Assembly (NCBI RefSeq): GCF_003704095.1
Contig: NW_020844534.1
Location: forward strand, 248,001-312,000
Direction: 5' to 3'
DNA: 64,000 nucleotides
Source of the DNA: Pocillopora damicornis
Taxonomy: Eukaryota
Under the pieces are notes generated by a model. That model saw only the letters and a list, made by a program, of their open reading frames with translations, was not told where the DNA came from and made no database searches. This document shows positions 1 through 11,345 of the stretch, piece after piece. Position 1 is the stretch's first letter, and each line of letters starts with the position of its first letter. Position numbers and translations under genes: made by a program.

Positions 1-3000
1 AACAAAAGCTGAACAACTCTGACACGGTTATAACCAGCAGCTAGGTGGAGTGGAGTTGACTGACAACAATCAAAGAACAATATTCAAATAATAACCAAGA
101 TAGTGCATCCTTGAGAAACTATTACATGTTATTCAACAAGACTGAATGGGTTGTAACTTGATGTAGTAGTTTCACTAATAAGATGATGTGTGGAGGGGGA
201 GGTAACTGAAACAAAGGACCGAATATTTTTTAAAAATATTTTTCCTTTACATTCTTTTTACACAGGCTTAAGCTAACCTTCCTTCCATCACTTGCATGGC
301 AATTAACATTCAGAGGGGTAAGAAGAGACATGAGCTTCTCTTCATTGCCACTTCTACAAAAAAGAAAACAAACAAATGAAATTAATAATTTGATTGACTG
401 ACACATTTTTACATGTTAACCATTCTCAAAAGCATGTGCACCACAGTAAACATAAATCAAGACAACTTTCAAAAGAAAGGTACTAAACTATTTCAAAAAT
501 GATAATGACTACAATAGCTGTACACTTAAACACATGAAAATCACCATGACAAAGTGAAAAAAAAAGAAAATGAACTAAGCAGCAATCAGAAAGAACAAAA
601 TAAACATTCAAAGACATAGTGCTTGTAGGGCTTAATCGAATGTTCAACCACAGCATTTTTGACTAAGCCCACTTTCAGTAATTAACTTCCTTGTATCACT
701 GTGTTGACATTGACCTGCAAGAGCATCAGTATTATAGTCAAAGGGACTTGCTCACAACCCATTAGGGACCAATCAGGATGGCAATGCAGAGGAAGACATT
801 AATTCATAGTGAATTTATATCTTTAGTTAGAATTTTGCAGACAGCTGGATGTGTTCACTGTCTCTTACAGTGAACACCTTGAGTTCAGCATGAGTTCCAA
901 ATTGATACTAATAAAATTGCATCCAAGTTTCTGTCCTCAGACCACACAAATTTTTGGTGATTTCACATTGCTGTTTTTGCAGAGGACGGCTAGGAAACAT
1001 ACACAGTTTTAAAACGCATGCCCTGAGCTATTGTTCTGCCCATTAAATCTTTTGTTTTGTCATGTTCTTGTTGCCATTGCCATCCCTGTTTACTGAAGGT
1101 CCCTATTAATTTGCATATGACAGTTGTTCTGCATGCACATACCTTGCAGCCTCCAGTAACTCATCCTTCTTATACTCCCCTGAAAGATAAAGGAATTCAT
1201 AAAGGGAGATATTAGTTGAAAAAAACTACACTTCAAGTGATATCCCCAGTAATATCTTAACAATGAAACAAGTAAGAAAAGTATCTGGTTTTACAAGATT
1301 AAAAGAGTAAAAGGGCCAGGGAGTGGACTGGGTACACTATATGGCCTATTTAACATAAAAACCAGAAAATACTTTGTGAAAAACCCATACCTGTCAAAAC
1401 TAGTTTGGCAGATGCTTCAGCAACATCTAGTGCTGTCTTCCCATCTGTATTTCGAATGTTAGGGTCTGCACCATGTTGCAGAAGAACTATTGAATAAAAA
1501 TAAGAATTACAAGTAAAATTCAAAACAATTTTTCTTCCTTTTTTTTTGTGTGACCTGCAAAAAACTGCCCAGAAATAAAGGTCTGCTCATGTGTTACACC
1601 ATCTAACTGTTCTGTTACAAACAATAGTCTGTTCCTGTGTAGTTGTGTTTATGCTCTTTCAAGCACAAAAAACATTCTTTGCTTGTCTGATTTGTTAAAA
1701 AAAAGATTCCCTAATAAAATGAAATATAACTGCAGCAATCACATTACTTTATAATCATCTAGTTTGATTATCCTGAGACCTTATGAATTGTCAATGTCTC
1801 GCAGATTAATTATTTGCCTTCAGCTTTGGCAAATAGTCATCTACTCACTTCTGACCAATCTTATCAGGATATTTTGCTCTGCCTTACATAGTATTTGATA
1901 ATCATTAAATAAAGGAGATAAACAGTTTACATGTGCAATTATACTCATATTTAAGTTGCAAAAAATCCAAGAAACTTCTGTAGTTATTAATAACAACAAC
2001 ACAGACTGTAATTAAGCTTGAATGGATTCAAAGACCACATTTAAGCAAAGTAACCAAGGTTGAAATTACAATCATACAATGATATTTTCTAAACCCTCTA
2101 CTTAAAATTTTTTTTACCACAATTGGCAGTAATGTCACAATCTGACTGGCCAATCTGCTGTTGTAAATAGCAAGAGTACAGACAACACTGCTCACATCAA
2201 CATGTCATGCAATGGTCGTGCACTGAAAGAATCATTTTATTTGACGTCTTTATTTTTAATAAGCAAAACCAAATCAACTGTGGTTCATTCAATGGACCTT
2301 GAGTATTTCAGAGGACCTGGAGTATCCTTAATAAACAACATGCAAAACCAAGGGATCTGTAAGAAAGTGATTTTTACAACAAGCTGCACTACTGACCCAC
2401 ACAAACATCCACTTTTCCTTTCACAGCAGCCTCATGTAAAGGGGTATAATTCCAGTTATCTCTTGAATTAGGATCAGCACCATGTCGCAGAAGTAATCGT
2501 ACCACCTCCGCATGACCAAATGAACAGGCATTATGTAGTGGTATCAACCCTCCTGAAATACCAAATTGATCCAAACCAATTAACAAAGTTACATTTACAG
2601 AAGATTCATAAGGAAAACTGATTGACTAACCATTTTGCTCTACATAAAAGAAAATCAATAAATGACTAAATTTCAGGCAAATGGTCACGCAAGAGGTAAA
2701 GAAAACAATGAACTGAAAAGACAAGTTCATAGAGTGTAGTTCTGAGCTGTAAAAGTTCAATACCAATATGTTCATATTAAACGGGTATTAACAAACATGG
2801 AATGTTAGTCTTAAGTCATTGACAAGTTTGGAACAATTTCCATGGAGGACTAAAGTTGTCTACAATTGCATTAGTGTTGTTTCACTTTGCTCTAAAATTT
2901 ACTTGTATATTCTCCTATTATTCAGTGAGATGCAAAACTAAAACCAGTGGTAACGTTCTTCCTGATTCAAGCAGTTTGCTTGTTTTTACTTTGATTTCTC

Positions 3001-4926
3001 ATCAGTACATTGAGATTCACTCTTTTTAAATAATTGGAAGTTGCCTTTTTCTATCCTCCAATTGGACTTCATGACATCAGCTTTTTTAGCTTTTTTTTCC
3101 TGTACTCAAATACATGAAGAATATTAATTCTTATAAATATCTACAGGTGTCACACAATACAAACAATAATATTTTTGATTTTGGCTATCCATGATTTTCT
3201 AGATTAAAAAAATTGTATTCAACTGTATCACTAATAAATTCTAAGGGCTACAACAACAGAGCTAAATAAGTCCCTGTTAGGATCAATACTGCAAGGAAAC
3301 ATGGTTCATAAAGAAAACAGCAACATGAGTTATTTAAAATTACAACAAACCACAAGCACACAACCCCAAAATAAGGACAACATCAAAACCAAAAGCAAAA
3401 TGAACCACATCATCAGCATTTTTAAATCAGTACTCTGTAGCATCCCTGCAGAAGAGAACATTTCCCCCACTGGAGTCTCTTTTTCTTTGATCTATAATGC
3501 AACTATGGCCACATCATACTTTGCTGTCAATTACTTTCAGAAGCCATCCAACAGGCTCTCATTAGCAATTCAGCATGAGGCCACTTATATCTTGCAGCCT
3601 CTCTATTCATGCCACAGTTCCTATGAGAGCTTCCTCCTGGCCATGCCCCGTGTCTCACCATCCTGGCTCTGCCCAACAAAGTCTTAAGCCATCTTGGAGT
3701 ACAACCAAATTTGACAAACCAACAAGACCCCCTTAAAAAATATGTCTATGATTACCCAAAAGTGACTCAAGGTAAAAAAAAGTGTAGTACTTATGGGTAT
3801 GGCAAGATGATAAATTGTGTGAAAATGAAAACTGTAATAGTAAACAGATCCTACCATCATCTTTAGCATGCACATCAGCTCCATGTTGCAGCAAGTACTC
3901 CACGACTTCTTTTCTTCCAAATCCTGAAGTTTAGAAGTAACAAGACAAGCTTTACACACAGAAGGAAAATACTCCTCACTTAGCGATTACGTACACTATA
4001 GGACTCTTTCCCTTAGGTACTGGTTTCATGAAAGGTTCTTCAAATCTTACTCCTCAAATCGTCACAATACACCTCTAAGTTCTCTTCATTCCGCCATACA
4101 TGTGAGCTGTCTCTCAGCGGGGGCAAGAAAAATGCATTGTAAAAATTCATGTTCTTTAAAAGTCACAATGAAAGGCCTTTAAAAAGTGCTATTTATACTT
4201 CAAATAACTTAGTTTCGTTTGAACAACTGTCATCCCACAGTTAGGTAAGTAAAGAGGAAGCAGATCACACAGCAAAAAGAAATTACAATCGAAAACAGTT
4301 CAGGATTTCGTAAAATGTCAGCCATACATGCATATCACAGAGTTATCTCTGGCAATAATTTTGATAATTCTGTCCGCTTCGATTCGCTAAAACTAATTCC
4401 ATGTTTGGTTTATTTCAACACGTTACGCAACGTTTCAACGTAAATCGAGAAATCATTATATATAAAATAAACTTTTACAAATCAGCTTCTGTAAAAATAG
4501 AGAAAGCGCTAAAAGTCGAGGTAAAGGCTTGCGAAAGTTTTTATAAAAAGATTACATCCTTACTGCATTCAAGATTACACAAGCTTCTCGTAAATCGCGA
4601 AATTTAACATAGCAGATAACTTCGATCCAAAAGAAATCGATCAGATCATCTGCAAACGAACAAAATGACTGACTTTCTTTCAGAGATGTTGAAATGATGA
4701 GAGCGCCATTTGTTTGTTTTCATCGAATTCGCTTACCTGCTGCAAAGTGTAGCGGAGATGACTTTCTGCCGGCTGTATCTCGGAGATTTACATTAGAATT
4801 GATGTTAACTATTCTTCTGACTTTTGTTACGTCACCATTTCTACAAGCCTCGAACAATTCTCTTCCCCCTTCGCTAGATTCCGTATCAAAGCTGTGACTG
4901 CTGTGAAGAGGCTTTCTTGTCGCCAT
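1..4926 (-). CDS. TNKS: Tankyrase (ankyrin-repeat PARP), 5' part; continues past the window start
   Basis: Exons 4926-4737, 3923-3855, 2552-2397, 1486-1391, 1179-1143, 353-278 and 59-<1 splice in frame with GT/AG sites. They give [135 protein letters not shown], which is the tankyrase ankyrin-repeat-cluster sequence. Confidence 0.97.
764..1104. mobile_element. Non-autonomous DNA transposon (MITE) in a TNKS intron, PIF/Harbinger-like
   Basis: Ends AGGGACC...GGTCCCT are inverted repeats flanked on both sides by ATT, a 3-bp target-site duplication. Confidence 0.65.
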
Positions 4927-4951
4927 ATTGGCTTGTCAGCCGCAAAGCACA

Positions 4952-4969
4952 ATTACGCAAATGACGTCA
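4952..4969. promoter_or_regulatory. Adjacent C/EBP-type (ATTACGCAA) and full CRE (TGACGTCA) sites just upstream of the TNKS start codon
   Basis: Palindromic TGACGTCA at 4962-4969 and ATTACGCAA at 4952-4960, in a CpG-containing stretch 26-43 bp from the ATG. Confidence 0.5.
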
Positions 4970-5619
4970 CTATGTTCTAAGATGCCGCTTTTGAATGGGT
5001 TAATAAAATTTTCTCACTCCAAAGGGGTCTCCTTTGGACTGAGAATCTGATGGTTTTCCCAGGGATCAATTTAACACCAGTCATTGCATGGACATTCAAA
5101 AGAGTTGTTGAAGAGGATTTCTGTAAACACAAGTTGAGGAAATTTTTATTGGAAATCAGTTCAGATTTTGTGGAAGTTATATGAATACTTTACTTAAGAT
5201 GTACCTCAAAAGTCATTAGACAGATGTTTTAAAAATAAATAACAGATGCAGGCTTGATTAAACAATTTCAATGAAAATTACAAATAATCATCTTATTCAC
5301 TTTTTTGATGTCCCATACTGCTGGGCTATGGTCCCTCATCTAAAGCAAGAACCAACTTAAAGATTTCAAACACAGAATTTAAGGGCCAAAATAAATCACT
5401 GAAACTTTGTGAATGAAAATAATAACTAAAATCTCTGAAATAAAAATTTTCTCTCACTCTGCTTTCAGAGATTCAACTTAATGTTCTCTTCTCCTGAATT
5501 AATAATTTCAGCTTTCCTTTTGTAGTTGTATGATTTTTCAAAGTCTGTAGTTTATATCTTACATCTTCACGGTCTCTGTCACTGTGTCAAGACCTGATGC
5601 ATTACCTTCATTATGCGCA

Positions 5620-6620
5620 CTCTGGTGTTGTCAGCAGCCTTTCACAAGCAAGAGAATGCATCTAATGGCCTGGCATGAGTAGTGAGATCCAACAGTTCAT
5701 TGAGGTGCGTGGTGTTTGCAGATCCTATGACAAGAGACAGCCTAAAGAGACACTGATCTCCCATATAGTCCCAGATAGACCTTAGGCTAATGTTAGAATT
5801 GCCCTATTCAGTTACAGGAGTTGTAACTACATCATCTGTGTGGATTACTACTCCTTGTTTTGGGAAATTGATCTTCTTGAGGACATGTGGTCAGCAACAG
5901 TGATCCAGAAGTTAAAGGCCCAATTTGCTAGGCACAGAGATGTGCATGTCAGACAACAACTCACAGTTTATTTCGCATGAATTTAAGGAGTTCAGTCATC
6001 AGCGGAGTTTCACTCTCGTGACAAGCTCCCTGACATACCCTCAGAGTAAGGGGAAAGTTGAGGCAGCTATCAAGTCAGCAAAGGCAGTTATCAAGAAATC
6101 TAGAAAGGCAAAGACAGATCCTTATCTTGCACTTCTCAAATACAGGAACACACCCAGTCAGGGAATGGACAATGGCTCAGTGGTACAACTCATGAGCAGA
6201 CAGACAAGAACCCAAGTCCCTACCTTACCATGGCTCCTTAGACCAGTAGTTGATCATAATGTCCATAACAAGCTGCTAATCAACAAGGAACATCAAACAA
6301 GTAATTACCACAAGGGAGCCAAAGATATTGAAGAGCTTAAAAGTGTAGATTCAGTGCATTTCATTCCTCCTCGAAGTCCATCTAATGAGGCCGTCAAAGT
6401 GAGAGTGGACAAACCTGTGGTGAAGTGATTATTGAAGATAGTGCCAGATATCGATAGATCCTTTTTTTTTTTTAGAGGAAAAAGGATGTTATATATGGTA
6501 GGCTACGTAGCCTTGGTATCAGGGTGCACTGCTAGCCTTGTTTGATGTTTATGTAAGGAAGAATGACTTTCTAAATAAATGGTTATTCTGTTCTTGTGGT
6601 GAGTTGCTGTCTTCTAACTG
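5620..6620 (+). mobile_element. Degenerate Ty3/Gypsy LTR retrotransposon 3' fragment (integrase, polypurine tract, start of 3' LTR)
   Basis: Translation gives ARECI*WPGMSSEI..C..QPKETLISH..PDRP*..ICVDYYS, then SDNNSQF..EFKEF..TSSLTYPQSKGKVEAAIKSAK..DPYLALLKYRNTP, with stops and frameshifts. The tract AGAGGAAAAAGGA ends at 6486 and is followed by TGTT at 6487. Confidence 0.9.
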
Positions 6621-7646
6621 AAAAATCATGCCATACCTTAGATTTTCTACCTGTGCTATCAGATGTTTGTATACATGTAGCTATTGTTCGTTTACATTTA
6701 GATTTTGATAAAATGTATATCTATTCATAAAAATTTTACATTTCCCTCCTCATGTTATAAGTTGTGAGTTGTAGTCACTAATTCACAGGTCATGTCTCTG
6801 TGTGCAAGTCAGTGTTATCTTTGTTATTTTTTGTTCTTTTGAGAGTGAGTGTGCAAGTTTGGTCTGCAATTAACCCTAACTGTTTAACAACTGCCTGGCT
6901 CTGCTACCCCCTATGGTTCCCAGGGAGCCTGTACTCTCATGCCATTACTTACTTTAAGCAATTATTAGCAATGTAAGTCAGAATGAGTACAAACAGGGAT
7001 TGTTGGGGCCATAATTATTTAAAAACAAAAGATATTATCAAATAAATAAAGCATTAACCTCATTTCTGCCTTTTCCAACAAAGAGCCTAAGGTTTGATAA
7101 ATCATCCCAATGAAACTGTTATAAATAAGAAAAAATATCCCTCCGGCAGACAAATATTACAACATAAGGAGCATTATGAAACATTCCTGGTGTCTTCTTT
7201 TTATTTCAAGCAAAGAGCTCCTCTGATTAATAACTAAATGAAATTTAAAACTTTTGATCTAAAACTGTCTGGCTGGCTGTCTGAAACTCAGTTGAACTAT
7301 TTAATGTATAACAGACATCTAATCTATAGATTAAACTATATAATTCACGTAGTTATATCTCAGTTACATCGTAGTACGTGTAATACTGTTATGTACCAAT
7401 ATTTGTGTATCATATTCTTCTCAAAGGAGATAATAGCATATCATTACTGCTTTGGTTTCACTCAGGCAAAGCAACTCTGAAAATGCACTTAACTCAAGGA
7501 CAGAATTCCAGTCACTCTCTTATTTCCCTTTCATTTTGGTTGGCAAACTTAATAATCCTCAACTATGAGGGAAAAGACAAGACCCACACAGACGTTGGTT
7601 TAACTGATGAGGATTTCCCATAAATAATTCTAGTTATCTCATTAGC

Positions 7647-7749
7647 TCAGTTTGATTTGTACAGCAGGTAATCTTTCAGTGAGGAAGGAATAATTAATTT
7701 GTGTACTACTTTGGCATAGTAAGTATGAATTGGTTCTCTGATTTCATCC

Positions 7750-7785
<36 letters not shown>

Positions 7786-8813
7786 CCATCATCCCCATCA
7801 TCAGCATTGTCATCATCATCTTTCAGTGAAGATGGAATTATTGAATTGTTTTCCTTTCTAGCAAAATTAGTGCTAATTGCTTCTCGGATGTAATGCCGGC
7901 ACAAACTCTGAAGTGACCGAATTTCATTCTTGTATTCAAACAACTTGATTGCATTTTTTTCACAGACCATCAATTGACCTTCACAGTTTATCTTTATTTG
8001 TCCAGAAGGTTTTACACCTGATGCAATAAGAAGTGCATTGCTCCCTTCTGTTGCTGACTCCAGCAATACAATTTCATTTTCTGTGGCAATGATTAGGTTT
8101 TGTCCATCATGAGCAAGTCCAGGTACATGTGAACCATCATTGCTTGCGATTCGTTTTTCTTCTCCATCAAGTACATAATATGTGATTTCCTCTTGCTTCT
8201 GGGTCTGTGCCTTCCCTTCAGTGCTAAATTCGGTCACTTTTGCAACTAATATTGCATCGGAAGAAATATCAAACCTTGCAACATCGAAATTCTGAGAACA
8301 GGAAAGCTGCAATATCTGATCTTCTACGCTTTCCTCTGTTGAGGGGATAATTTCTCTTGATTTCAGAACTTTCAAATTATCCCAGTCTATTAATACCTCG
8401 TAGAGATCTCCACCATTAAATGCTTCAGAGACAAGGAGATTCCTTCCTGGAGACAAAGCTATGGCTCCTGGATAATCCACGGGAAGATCTTCGGAATCAA
8501 TTACAAATTTAACAGAGGCAGGTTTGCCATCTTCAAAGAAACAGATCTTTATGCAGCCACCGTGATGTGCCTCTGACGAACTTACAGCTAGGTGATTTCC
8601 TGGTAAAAACAGCACGTCACGGAAGTTTTCACCTAATTCATCGAATCTAGCTAAAACTTTTCCAGTGGAGGAATCCCAAACACATGCACCATCGTAGTTA
8701 TAATTGAACGTTACAAACAAATTCAAAACTGGATTATAATCAACACCATCTGCTCTTGCTATACTCTTTGGGTATTTAATTTCAGAAACACAGTTGTTTG
8801 GGATAACTCTCAT
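7647..8813 (-). CDS. Single-exon beta-propeller-like (NHL/WD-like) protein with C-terminal SOCS box, copy A
   Basis: 388-aa ORF with repeated beta-strand units (PGAIALSPG, GLAHDG, QIKINCEGQLMVCE) and a SOCS-box-like tail SLQSLCRHYIR...IPSSLKDYLLY. Clear paralog of the gene at 9897-10916. Confidence 0.8.
7744..7820 (-). repeat. (GAT)n microsatellite encoding a poly-Asp tract
   Basis: Run of TCA units on the + strand inside copy A; translates to DDDDNADDGDDGDDDDDDDDDDEDE. Confidence 0.9.
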
Positions 8814-9896
8814 CTTCCAACTGATAGCTTTACGGTGTGAAATATTGGTACTTAACCCTCAGGAGCACTCCGTGCCTCACTTTCTCAGGTACTGCAGGTC
8901 CCTTAATTGGTCACATGGGCAACGACTAGGAAATATGGAATAAGGAACGCAAAATGAGGGATACGGAACAAAATGGCGTGGAACAGGATATGATTTCTAC
9001 ATTGCTTTCATTTTTGTCTATGTGCGACTGAAGGTCAAATTAATGATTGGAATGAAAGGGAAAAGACTTAGAAAATCCATGTGGTCATTATGACTGGACC
9101 TAAAATGGCAAAATGTTTTGAGTAGTTTCCTCTTCTCAGTAATCTAAGTTAGTAACTAACTTATTCAATGATTGTGGAAAATATTGATTTTGTACAACTT
9201 ATTTCCTTTGGTGTCCTGTGAGCACCTGTTTGGGGAAAGGTCTACTCCAAAATATTGATGATATGAGAAAGTCAACTGGGTTGTAGTCCATTCATTTACC
9301 TTGTAAAAGTTCCCCAACCTTAATTTCTAGAGCATAAGTAATTTAACAGTTGTGTGGTATTTAATGAACATGGCTTAGGGCAGACTAAAGGGATTGAGCA
9401 TAATATGAGGGAAGGAAAAAGAATTTATGAAAAAACTTGATTATATTTGAGTACTGAAAATACAAAATAACACAGGAGGTAAAGTCATGTTTATAAAACA
9501 AACTCAAAAACACTTCATTAAAACTGTCATAATGGTTATTGCTATGTGTGCTCAACACCAGGTCAAGAGGGCACACCAAGATAACCATTTTTAATTTTCT
9601 CTCAGTTTTAAAACAATTATTTCTGTGCCTTTGTGGTAAGTGAAGAGAGTAATGTGACCCCTGCCAGCCATATGATTACTGGAAACAAGTAAAATAGTGT
9701 GTGTACAAAAAATAGCAGGGATCATTTCTGTGATGACCACATCAGTTGTTTGTTGCTTATCCCACTCTTAGGCACATCTCCACAAACTAATAGCCTGAAA
9801 CAGACTAATTAAGAGTAATTTTTATTTTGAAAATGGTTGTTAATCTGTTTATTGGGAAAACAGATGTAGATACAGTATTTTAAACACATTTATGGT

Positions 9897-10916
9897 TCAT
9901 TTAATTTTGTACAACAGATAATCTTTCAGTAAAGATGAAATTTCTAAATTTTTTACTCTTTCAGCACAATTAGTGCCAATTGTTTCTCTGATATTATGTC
10001 GGCACAATCTCTGCAGTGACTTGACTTCATTCTTGTATTCAAACAACTTGATGGTGTTTTTCTCACAGACCATCAATTGGCCTTCATGGTTTACCCTTAT
10101 TTGTGAAGGTTTAACTCCTGATGCAATCACATGTGCATTGCTCCCTTCTGTTGCTGACTCCAACAACACAATTTCATCTCCATTTGCAATGATAAGATTT
10201 TGTCCATCGTGAACAAGTCCACCAAGACAATCGTGCGGTGAGATTCGTTTTTCTTCTCCATTAAGCACATAATATGTGATTTTCTCGTGACCCTGGATCT
10301 GAGCCTCCCCTTCAATGTGTAAATTCACTTTTGCAGCTAACAATTCGTAGAAAGAGTCGGATTCGAAGTGAGGTTGATGAAAGTTGCACTGTACAACACC
10401 GAAATCCTGAGAGCAAGAAAGTACTTCTGTTGTCACATCTTCTTCGATTACCACGGTCCCTTCGTTTGGAAAAACAATTTCTCTTGATTTCAGAACTTTT
10501 GAATTAGCCCAATCAATGAAGATTTCGAAAAGATCTCCATAAATTTCCCCAGAGAGAAGAATATTCCCTCCTGGAGACAAAGCAATGGTTCCTGGTAGAT
10601 CTAGGGGGAGATCTTTAGAATCGATCTCAAATTTATCAGACATAGATTTGTCTTCCTCAAAAGTACAGATTTCGATGGTACCTCCATGATTTGGGCACGA
10701 AGAGCTCATAGCAAGGCGATTTCCCGGTAAAAATAGCAGGAAAGAGAGGATTTCATCCGAGTCTTCAAATCTGACAACAACTTACCATATACCATCTTCG
10801 AAACTAAACGTTGCATACAAATCCAAAGCTGGATTGTAATCAAAACCACAAACACATTTTGCAACATACTCTGGGATGTTTATCACAGAAACACAGTTAT
10901 TTTGATTGACTTTCAT
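9897..10916 (-). pseudogene. Paralogous propeller/SOCS-box gene, copy B, with an in-frame TAA (pseudogene or rescued by splicing)
   Basis: MKVNQNNCVSVINIP..DYNPALDLYATF aligns to the N-terminus of copy A. TAA at 10784-10782 is in frame with the downstream ORF that ends SLQRLCRHNIR..ISSLLKDYLLYKIK. Confidence 0.7.
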
Positions 10917-11149
10917 GTTCCAGCGGGTACCCCCTAGTAATGATGTACGGTGGCCACCGTAACGATGTGATCGTGGCAGCATCCGAGAGAACTAGGACCA
11001 AAATAAAGAAGGATGCACGGGGTCACACAAGTTAACAACCTCTCTTTACCGCGGTTACTTGCCTCTCCTATTCCATATGTGCATTGCTCATTTGAAACCC
11101 TTAAAGCCGCTTTTTCATCAGTGTTAATTTCTTTGCAGGTGTTTTTGCC

Positions 11150-11262
11150 CCTCGGGCGCGGGAATTTCGCGGGAATCGCGAAAACCGGACAAACGTGATT
11201 TAGTGTAGATACTGCGCACAATCCGGCCGGAGCTGAGAAGGTCGAGAAGGTCGAGAAGGTAC
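11150..11262. promoter_or_regulatory. CpG-rich shared promoter between SOCS-box copy B and OGA, with E2F-like sites and a 9-bp triple repeat
   Basis: GGCGCGGGAATTTCGCGGGAATCGCGAAAA at about 11155-11184 and (GAGAAGGTC)x3 at about 11235-11260; the two start codons are 430 bp apart. Confidence 0.45.
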
Positions 11263-11345
11263 TGATGAAGGCGTTCTCTGAAAGGGTTCGTATTCTAAAA
11301 AATTCAAAACCTAAAATTCGTGTAGGATCCAAGAAAAGAACTAAG

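Noticed and set aside
3301-3687. 128-aa + strand ORF within a TNKS intron
   Set aside because: Low-complexity start, no motif and no splice support; likely chance or repeat-derived.
5925-6428. 167-aa ORF as a host gene or active integrase
   Set aside because: It is part of a Gypsy relic with stops and frameshifts upstream and no RT or gag.
6870-7010. TAACCCTAAC resembles a telomerase RNA template and is followed by an imperfect hairpin
   Set aside because: I could not find a pseudoknot, CR4/5 or H/ACA elements, and TTAACCCT is also the end of the abundant piggyBac-type MITEs.
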